In this document: piece after piece, positions 8,328 through 16,551 of the stretch
Position numbering within the stretch: position 1 is the stretch's first letter
How the letters are laid out: every line of letters starts with the position of its first letter
Assembly: GCA_025061115.1 (NCBI GenBank)
Contig: JANZKC010000002.1
Location: 64,001-128,000, forward strand
DNA length: 64,000 nt
DNA from: Candidatus Culexmicrobium cathedralense
GTDB taxonomy: Archaea; Thermoproteota; Methanomethylicia; Culexarchaeales; Culexmicrobiaceae
Reading direction: 5' to 3'
The notes under the pieces: model-generated
Databases searched by the model: none
What the model was told of the DNA's origin: nothing
What the model saw: only the letters and a program-made list of their open reading frames with translations
Position numbers and translations under genes: made by a program

Positions 8328-10499
8328 TTAATTAAATCCCATGACCGATCCAATGCTGAAAAGCAGTAGCGAGCTGAAATATGCTAAAAGTAGCAGATAC
8401 GCTACTGCAATTATTGTCCACTTAATACTTCCAGTCTCCCTATAAATTGCAGCCAACGTGGCCAAGCAGGGTACGTAAAGCATCATGAAAATAAGCATCG
8501 AGTAGGCTTTGAGAGGAGTAAGTCCTATTACCCTAACAGCCTGAATCGGATCGTTAACTCCAGAAATAATCGCCAAGGACTCGGGAACTGCCTCTTTCGC
8601 TAGAAAGCCTGTTAATAGTGCAACTACAACTTTCCAATCTCCGAGCCCAATTGGCCTTAGTAAAGGTGAAAGCACCCTGCCTATGATAGCCGCGAACGAC
8701 TCTTCCGGAGATGAAACAGCTCCTACAGGTCCATATGAAGTTAATATCCACATCAATATTGAAACTCCAAGAATTATTGTTCCAGCTTTAATTATGAAGT
8801 GCTTGGACCTCTCCTCAGCATGCCAGAAAACAACTCTAGGTGAAGGCTTATGATATGGAGGTAACTCTAAAATTAAAGTTGAAGGCTCCTCCCTAAAGAT
8901 GGCCTTATTAAAGAGCGATCCCACAAGCACTAGTAAAGCGAGACTTAGAACATATAAAGATAGCATGACTAGAACTTGGCTTGTAAGGCTCGCAAAGACA
9001 GCTGCAACAATTATTGTGAAGGCAGCTAACCTGGCTTGACATGGAATTAATGAGCTCAGTAAGATTGCTAGCAGCCTATCTCTATAGCTGTGAAGTATCC
9101 TAGTAGCTGTGATGCTTGGAATGTTGCAGCCATATCCAAGCATTAGTGGCATAAAGGCCTTACCATTGAGCCCAAACCTACGCATAACCCTATCCATAAT
9201 GAAAGCAGCTCTAGCCATGTAACCGCAGTCTTCAAGTATCCCAAATAATATGAAGACAGTGAATATTAATGGGTAAAAGCTAAGCACTGCGCCCACACCA
9301 GCAATAATGCCATCCGAAACTAGGCTAACAAGCCAGCTTGGAGCTCCAATACTAGTTAAATAGCTTGAAGCAGCATCTGAAATATATCCAAAAATTCGAT
9401 CACCGATCAAGCTAGCTAAATTAAATTCCTCAAACTCAGGCATCAGCAAATTAAGTGGAAAGCCAATGTTAATGCTGAAGACCACGATAAATAGTAGTGA
9501 GAAAACGCCAATCAATATTGGCAATCCAAGAAACCTATTCAAAACGATTCTGTCAATTTTATCGGTGATTGTTATCGGCGCAACTCCAGTTCTCTTAACA
9601 GCATCTTTAACTATTTTTTCAATGAAATTATAACGCCTATCTGCAATAATTACGTCGACATCATCGCCTAAAGCATTACTTAAATTTCGCCTCAATTCCT
9701 CAACCTTAGTTATAACATTATCATTAATTTTGAGAACCTCTCTAACAACTTCCCTATCGCCTTCAAGAAGCCTTATTGCAATCCACCTAGCGGGATATGG
9801 CAGTTGAGATGCTATCCTACCTTCAACAAGCATTTTCACAATTTGATTAATTGCATTTTCAATTTCACGGCCATAATCAACTTTAACGCCTCCACACTTA
9901 ATTTCCCCTTTCGCAACCTTCAACACCATTTCAATGAGCTCTTCAGCTCCAACACCTCTAACAGCAATCATTGGAATTACAGGCACTCCCAAATTTTCTG
10001 AAAGCCTCTTAACACCAACTTCAATGCCCTTAAGCTCAGCTAAATCCATCATATTAAGCGCTACAATCACATTACTTGTCAACTCGAGAATTTGAATAGT
10101 TAAGTACAAGTTTCTCTCCAAGTTAGATGCATCAACAATATTTATAACAGCATTAGGTTTAGCCTCAACGATAAATCGCCTAGCCACTATTTCCTCCAGA
10201 CTTAATGCAGATAAGCTATAAGTTCCAGGCAAATCGATGAACTTCAATCTAACATTTCCAACAATTCTTTCCCCCTCCTTCCGTTCAACAGTTTTTCCAG
10301 GCCAATTTCCAACTCTCTGGCGGCCGCCAGTTAAAATGTTGAATAAAGTGCTTTTACCCACATTTGGGTTACCTGCAACGGCAATTGTGTACTCTTCAAT
10401 TGCCTCCTTAACATTAATCGAATCCTTGCCCGCATATTTTAAGCATGAGGAGTGGAACGAGCAAGTTGAACACAAGCTTTTAACTACCAAAGCTATCAA
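8328..10499 (-). CDS. feoB: Ferrous iron transporter FeoB
   Basis: GNPNVGKS, GNWPGKTVE, DLPGTYSL, NMMD, GYGCNIP, LELPPY, LYVPCLA. Confidence 0.96.
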   Translation of the reverse strand: MIALVVKSLCSTCSFHSSCLKYAGKDSINVKEAIEEYTIAVAGNPNVGKSTLFNILTGGRQRVGNWPGKTVERKEGERIVGNVRLKFIDLPGTYSLSALSLEEIVARRFIVEAKPNAVINIVDASNLERNLYLTIQILELTSNVIVALNMMDLAELKGIEVGVKRLSENLGVPVIPMIAVRGVGAEELIEMVLKVAKGEIKCGGVKVDYGREIENAINQIVKMLVEGRIASQLPYPARWIAIRLLEGDREVVREVLKINDNVITKVEELRRNLSNALGDDVDVIIADRRYNFIEKIVKDAVKRTGVAPITITDKIDRIVLNRFLGLPILIGVFSLLFIVVFSINIGFPLNLLMPEFEEFNLASLIGDRIFGYISDAASSYLTSIGAPSWLVSLVSDGIIAGVGAVLSFYPLIFTVFILFGILEDCGYMARAAFIMDRVMRRFGLNGKAFMPLMLGYGCNIPSITATRILHSYRDRLLAILLSSLIPCQARLAAFTIIVAAVFASLTSQVLVMLSLYVLSLALLVLVGSLFNKAIFREEPSTLILELPPYHKPSPRVVFWHAEERSKHFIIKAGTIILGVSILMWILTSYGPVGAVSSPEESFAAIIGRVLSPLLRPIGLGDWKVVVALLTGFLAKEAVPESLAIISGVNDPIQAVRVIGLTPLKAYSMLIFMMLYVPCLATLAAIYRETGSIKWTIIAVAYLLLLAYFSSLLLFSIGSVMGFN

Positions 10500-10728
10500 C
10501 CTCCACCATTATTTTCATTGCAACTCCACGTCCAAGAACCAACCTTGAATTTCTAACCATTATGAGAATTGGGCCAAAATTATTATGAACAACTTCAATC
10601 GGAGTACCTGGAGTAATCCCCATTTCAGCTAATCTAAGCGTTAAACCTCTACCAGCTACAACTTGAATTACAGTTCCAACCTCCCCGGGCTGAAGCATTG
10701 CCAACGGCTTAACCCTCCTCACCATCAA
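10480..10728 (-). CDS. feoA: FeoA
   Basis: RLAEMGITPG, GPILI, LGRGVAMKIMV. Confidence 0.9.
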   Translation of the reverse strand: MMVRRVKPLAMLQPGEVGTVIQVVAGRGLTLRLAEMGITPGTPIEVVHNNFGPILIMVRNSRLVLGRGVAMKIMVEVDSFGS

Positions 10729-10954
10729 TCACCTCAACGATCACTTCACGGGCCTCACTTCTTCGCAAAGACAAGTAATACCCCTTAACTCGAACTTCAA
10801 TTGGATCACCTAGTGGAGCAATCCTTTCAACCTTTAAAATTGCACCAGGCTCAATGCCCATTTCAATTAATCTCCTTTTGATGACCCCCCTTCCCTTCAA
10901 CCTCACAATTTTAACGGTTCGCCCAACATCAACTTCGCTCAGCCTAACAATCAT
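10709..10954 (-). CDS. feoA: FeoA (second copy)
   Basis: RRLIEMGIEPG, APLGDPIEV, LSLRRSEA. Confidence 0.92.
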   Translation of the reverse strand: MIVRLSEVDVGRTVKIVRLKGRGVIKRRLIEMGIEPGAILKVERIAPLGDPIEVRVKGYYLSLRRSEAREVIVEVIDGEEG

Positions 10955-10992
10955 AGGAAACCCTAACAGTTTTAGGGTTGCCTAACTTATAA
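10954..10992 (-). promoter_or_regulatory. feoAAB promoter with tandem DtxR-like operators
   Basis: TAGG-aaac-CCTA (10954-10965) and TTAGG-gttg-CCTAA (10972-10985) lie between a TTATAA box (10987-10992) and the feoA ATG. Confidence 0.6.
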
Positions 10993-11125
10993 GAATTATT
11001 ATGAGCGATTGCACAAAATTAAGAAATAATTATAAGTAAAGAAAATTATCTAACCAAAAACAAAGAAATTTCCAAATATTTTTAAGTTATTAAATTAAAT
11101 AATTGCTTAATCAGGAGTTCTAAAT

Positions 11126-13924
11126 CTACTTTTCCCAGTAATCTCTAGTCTCCAAGTACTCTTTCATCGCTTCCCTCAAGTCCTCAATAAGCTCATCCAG
11201 GTTTTTATGCATTTTAGCTAAAATCTGATATGCTGTTAAGGGTCCAACGCCTTTAACTGCAAGGGCTATGGCAGCCTTCTTCCCATAAAGGGTTATCAGA
11301 TCTGCTGACATTTTGGCGTATGCTATGAGCAGCTCCTCCTCTTCGCTCAACTTTTCTCCTCTCTTCATTTTGTTTAATGCATCTATAATTTCACTTCGCT
11401 TCCACTTTATTATCGAAATGCCTTTTGAATTGCATTTGGGGCATTTGATGTCGTCTGTAAAGTCTCTAACCAGAATTCTCCATGCATGTAGGCAGTTTAA
11501 ACAAATCAAGTTGATAATTTTATTCATGATTCTCTCCATGAATGTTCGACTGTCATTTATTGCAATTAAATCGCCAAGTTCAACTATTGGCTTAGCTAAG
11601 GGGGAAGGGCTGCTTGACTTTGCCAGCTGAACTACTTCCAGCTCGCCTCTTTTTATTGCAATTATTAGCTCCTTAAAGTGCTTGAAGTCGTAGTGCTCAA
11701 CTAGTTGGAATCTAAATGCTTCCTCGTAAACTGGAGTATCCCTAAATATTTCAGGCAAATGCAATAGGTAGCTTGCAGACTTGTAGTACATTCCTCTTGG
11801 AAGAGCTTCAAATTTCATCGCAACGTGCCTTAAAATATATGGATCTACGTGCTCCCAAATAATGTTTAAACCTTCTTCAACGCTTATTGACTTCAAAATT
11901 TCAGCAATATCTTTCAGCTCGATGGTGGGTGAAGTCATTATCAGAATTCTATATGCATCCCACCTAACTATGCAGTCGGCTTTCAGCTTCGACTTAATCC
12001 ATTCACCTACAACTCTAGCTATGCACCTATTAACTCCATGCCCATAGCAGGAGTGTATCACTATGAAGTTTCCGAAACCTTCAATAACTATCCTCCTATC
12101 ATGAGGCATGGGGCGTCCTTGCTCCAAATAATCTACAAAGGGTTTGATGGCTGCCTTTAAATCTTCAACTTCAACATTACAGGCATCCCTTAATTTATCA
12201 GCTATCTCTTCAATTGAATAGCCGCGGTTCCACAATTCTTCAATCAACCTTCTCAGCTTTCCAACCGAGATGGCTACATTCCATGAAGTTGGAAGAACCT
12301 CTCCCTCCCATCCAGGTATGGCTGCTGTGTAGTCGCTCACAGGCTTAACATGCACGTTGAAGCCACTTATGCTTGAAACTATCCATGGCCTACCCTTCAA
12401 GATTATTTTAACTCCAGGCTTCCCATACTCTGAAAAGAAGTCTTCTCCAAGATATCCAATTTCATCTCCAGTGGATTCATCAATGACTGGATATTTCACT
12501 TCCTCAGGAATGGTGGTTAAGTGCTTGTAGTAGTAGGCTCTAGTCCTCCTAGTCCTGCAAATTACGCTTCCCTCAACCTTCACAATCCCATTTCTGGACA
12601 AGTAATCTAGAACTTTAGCGAAATCTTCTCGGCTTAAATTCCTATATGGATAGCTCGACTTAACTATATTAAATGCACGGGAAATTTCAATCTCACCATT
12701 AAAGTCAAGAGTTAAGCCTGCAATTTGATGTGCAAGGACATCTAAGGCATTTTCATGAACTTTGAGCTCCTCTAATTGTCAGTTCAATGCCATTTTGGCT
12801 ATGATCAAGCTTTCAAGAAAGTCATCTGGGCTAACGCATAAAATCACTCCTCTTGAAGTCCTCTCTAAAAAGTGGCCGCTTCGCCCAACCCGTTGGATAA
12901 GCGCGGTTACCTGTCTTGGAGATAAGTATTGGATGACAAGGTCAACGCTTCCAATATCAAGTCCTAATTCGAGGGAGGATGTACAGACAATTGCAGGTAG
13001 AGATCCACTCTTAAATTTTGATTCAATCACCTCTCTAGCATGCCTAGATAATGAGCTATGGTGACATGCTGCCTCAACACCAGCCAACCTAAGCCTGCTA
13101 CTAATAAATTCAGCAAACTCCCTGCAGTTAACGAAGATAAGTGTTGAAGTTGAGGACCTAATTAACTCAATCATCCTCCTAAGCCTAGCTGCAAATTCGG
13201 GCTTACACATAAGCCTAATACTGGCCTCATAATCCTCTCTACTTGGAGCTGGATACTCAACTCTAATCGAATAAGGCTTAGCGCTCCTAACTTCAACAAC
13301 CTCAACTTCCCGGCTAGAACCAGCAATAAATTTGGATGCCAACCTAGGTTCGCTAACAGTGGCCGAAAGACAGATGAGCTGAACCCTATCTTTAGCAATT
13401 AACTTAAGCCTCTCAAGCCCAACAGCCAATTGCGTACCACGCTTACTCTCAATCAAGTCATGAACCTCATCAACGATCACCCACTTAACAGCGCTAAGCC
13501 ACCTCCTCATGCGCTCAAAGGGAAGCATAGCTTGAAGAGTTTCAGGCGTGGTAATTAATACCTCTGGAGGACTTCTAACCTGCATTCGCCTAACACTTCT
13601 AGGCGTATCACCATGCCTAACGCTTATTGAAACATCAACTTCGCTACAGATTTTCTCCAATCTTCTAAGCATGTCCCTATTCAAAGCCCTTAGGGGAGTT
13701 ATGTAAATTATGTGGATGCCAAGCTCGTAACCATGAGCACTTCGATAATCAAGATACATACTTAAAACTGGAAGAAAAGAAGCCTCAGTTTTACCTGAAC
13801 CTGCTGGACCAATGATAAGAACGTTCTTACCACCTAAAATTACGGGAATCGCTATTTCCTGAACCTCAGTAGGCTTGTCAAAAGCAACTGTTCTAAGCTT
13901 AGTATTTAAGAGGTTAAACACCAT
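11126..13924 (-). pseudogene. Lhr-family SF2 helicase interrupted by one in-frame TGA (12779-12781)
   Basis: GSGKTEA, DEVH, QRVGRSGH, C-terminal CxxC..CxxC; ORFs 12779-13924 and 11126-12601 share a frame and the 59 codons between them read QLEELKVHENALDVLAHQIAG..., aligning with the intact paralog. Confidence 0.8.
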
Positions 13925-14055
13925 ATTAACGCTCTACTCCTCCATCCAATTATACACAATACCCAACTGCTAAAAATACCTAATGAAAGTGAAATTTACA
14001 AGCTAAGTTTCTTCACATTGCTAAGCAAGCTACGAGACACATCAAAGTCAAAGCA

Positions 14056-14181
14056 TTACTTTTTCAAGTAGCTCATAATAATTCTAAGGGCTTTCTCACA
14101 ATCCTTCAAAAATCTTAATCCCTTTTTAGTAAGCTTAAGCCCAGTTCCATCCCAAACAACTAAATCTAAGTACGATTGAAA
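14056..14181 (-). pseudogene. Possible winged-helix regulator remnant
   Basis: Start-less frame FQSYLDLVVWDGTGLKLTKKGLRFLKDCEKALRIIMSYLKK*, resembling the wing and LTxKG helix of archaeal wHTH proteins. Confidence 0.35.
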
Positions 14182-14210
14182 TTAGCTTATTTAGTAATGT
14201 AGCAGCAATA

Positions 14211-14492
14211 TTACTCCTGAACATACGGCTCTATAAGTATTACTTCCGCCACGCTAATTCCAGGCACTTTAAGTGCTTCTTCCCTAACCTTCGCAACCAA
14301 GTACCTTGCAAGCGGACACATGAAAGATGGCGCAGTTAAAGTCATTTTTATCTTAGCTTTCTCACCCTCAATTTTCACTTCTCTTATCAAGCCCATTTCA
14401 ACTACATTTAAGCCAACCTCTGGATCAATAACATTTTTAAGTGCCTCCAAAACTTTCCTTTCCAAATCCCCAGATGGCACGACCACCACCAA
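14211..14492 (-). CDS. DUF59 (SufT/PaaD/MIP18-like) Fe-S assembly protein
   Basis: VIDPEVGLNVVEMGLI, MTLTAPSFMCPLA. Confidence 0.88.
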   Translation of the reverse strand: MVVVVPSGDLERKVLEALKNVIDPEVGLNVVEMGLIREVKIEGEKAKIKMTLTAPSFMCPLARYLVAKVREEALKVPGISVAEVILIEPYVQE

Positions 14493-14514
14493 CCAAAAAT
14501 TTTGGGATATTTTA

Positions 14515-16494
14515 TTACTTTCTCCTCATTATTAACATTGCGGATGCAATGACAATTATAACAACCGCTACAGCTAAAACATAGGTCATCATTGAAGGCC
14601 CCAAAACCTCTAACACCCTAACTGCTTTCACATCGCTTTCGACATCATAGGTTTCGCAGACAACTTTACAGTTATATGTGCCTACTCTCTCGAAAACTTG
14701 AGTAAATGCGTACTCTCCGTTGGCTCCAGTCACTGTTGTCCCGACAAGCTCACCATTTACATGCAATGACACGCCAATATCAGGCACTGGCTCACCCTCA
14801 AATGCCAGAAAACCTGATAAGATTACTGTCTCGCCAGCGTAAATTTCTTCAGCGCTCGCCGTCAAGGACAACTGCGGCAACCCCCACCTAATTACCACCT
14901 CATGAATGCTGTGAGCGTATTTAGCGTATACAAAGTAGTGAGTTTCATTCGCGCTTACAGCTGCCTTAACTATATCGCCATCTACATATACGAATATTTT
15001 ACCAGTCACCGTCTCTTTAGGTATGGTTACGTTTAATGCACCTTTCGTACCCCTCAATCCCTCAACTTCCAGCTCAATTTTATCTGCTAAGTACTGAAAG
15101 CGCCTTATCGTCGAATTCGTAATTGCAATTATCTTCCTCTGCTCTCCAGCAATTAGCCCTTTAATCTCATGGATTTTTGCATCAGCAACTCCCCAAGTGT
15201 TTGGAGCAACTTTAAACGTTAGATTTCCTAGGTCAGTGAAGTTAACACCTCTAAAAACAATTCTATGTCTGCTCTTCTCAGCAAACTGCACGTGAGGAGG
15301 AGCTTCAATTTCAATAAACTCATTTTCAGTGCTTCCAGCTTCAATAACAAAATCTATATCTGCAATACCTTCAGGCGCTAAATCCGCAAGCTTGGAAAAC
15401 AGCTCATGAAATTTGAAGCCATCAGCAACTGCCTCTGCCGGCGGCTTCACTTTCAACCCAGTAAAACTAAATTTCAACAAACCTCCATCCCCGCCACTGT
15501 AAGTCACAGTTAGATCCAATGCTTTAGCACTCAAGCTTGTTTCTCCTAGAACTTCCTTGCAGAATATGTAAAATTTCGAAGAGACATTCGGAAATAGATC
15601 CTTAATGTAATTTACGTACATATTTTTGATCTCATTAACCTGCCTTTCAACATCGCCCATGAACTTTAGCCTGCAAACTAGCTTTAGGGTTCCATCACTA
15701 CTATTAACCACAAGATCAAGAGTAAAGGAGTCAAACTCAGTGTACCGCATATGCTTAAGTCTTTCCAAGAATTCATTCGATAAATACATTTTAACTGGTA
15801 TTGCAAATTTAGCCTTGCAAATAAGCGCCTTTTTAAGGTTCCCCTCTACCTCTCCTTGAAAATTCAAAATTGCCCTATCACTCTCAAGCATTGACTCAAG
15901 CGTTAAATTTACTAAAGTGACATTACTGCACGACCATTCATCAATTCTCTCGTGAATTATCCCCCTAAGTGCATCAAATTGATTCATGAACTCTTGAATT
16001 TTAGACCTGCTCATCAGCGAGTATGGAATTATTAAAGTTGCATTGAAAATTGCATCCACTACATCAGTATCATTATCGTAGATTGCAGTAAACTCTCCAC
16101 TCAAAGTCATCTTACCTGCACCCATTCGGCTTGACTCCAAATAGAGGGTTCCATTAGCTTTGTAATCCCTACAAGTTATGTGGAGCTCGGCATCCGGAAG
16201 CTGAAGTATCGTTGGATAATCGAAAGTTAAGTTGAGGGTGATGACGCTTTCCGCATCATCCCGCGTAATGTAGGAGCGCATTGCAAGAATGAAATCGGTT
16301 ACGCCTTGAATTTTACCCGATTCAATTGCACCATCAATTTCAATTCCAACTTCCCCTTCTGGATAAACCCTTAAAGTAATATCAATATCTGCAATAGAAG
16401 GCTGCGACAAAACTGGTTTTAAGACACCTATGAGAGTTATCAGAATTATGAATGCTAGAGAGAACTTCCCATTCATTCGAATATAACGATACAT
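14515..16494 (-). CDS. Secreted, C-terminally membrane-anchored surface protein
   Basis: Signal peptide, many NxT/S sequons, Ig-like C-terminal part (TGANGEYAF), final TM helix followed by RRK. Confidence 0.75.
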   Translation of the reverse strand: MYRYIRMNGKFSLAFIILITLIGVLKPVLSQPSIADIDITLRVYPEGEVGIEIDGAIESGKIQGVTDFILAMRSYITRDDAESVITLNLTFDYPTILQLPDAELHITCRDYKANGTLYLESSRMGAGKMTLSGEFTAIYDNDTDVVDAIFNATLIIPYSLMSRSKIQEFMNQFDALRGIIHERIDEWSCSNVTLVNLTLESMLESDRAILNFQGEVEGNLKKALICKAKFAIPVKMYLSNEFLERLKHMRYTEFDSFTLDLVVNSSDGTLKLVCRLKFMGDVERQVNEIKNMYVNYIKDLFPNVSSKFYIFCKEVLGETSLSAKALDLTVTYSGGDGGLLKFSFTGLKVKPPAEAVADGFKFHELFSKLADLAPEGIADIDFVIEAGSTENEFIEIEAPPHVQFAEKSRHRIVFRGVNFTDLGNLTFKVAPNTWGVADAKIHEIKGLIAGEQRKIIAITNSTIRRFQYLADKIELEVEGLRGTKGALNVTIPKETVTGKIFVYVDGDIVKAAVSANETHYFVYAKYAHSIHEVVIRWGLPQLSLTASAEEIYAGETVILSGFLAFEGEPVPDIGVSLHVNGELVGTTVTGANGEYAFTQVFERVGTYNCKVVCETYDVESDVKAVRVLEVLGPSMMTYVLAVAVVIIVIASAMLIMRRK

Positions 16495-16551
16495 TTAAAA
16501 TTCCTCTTAAGCTACAAATAAGTGAAAATGGATACTTAAAAAGTTTCTCAT

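Noticed and set aside
11000-11125. AT-rich tract as replication origin
   Set aside because: No ORB repeats or cdc6/orc1; explained as terminator/promoter spacer
12779-12781. Selenocysteine recoding of the Lhr TGA
   Set aside because: Aligned paralog residue is Glu, not Cys; no SECIS-like hairpin recognised
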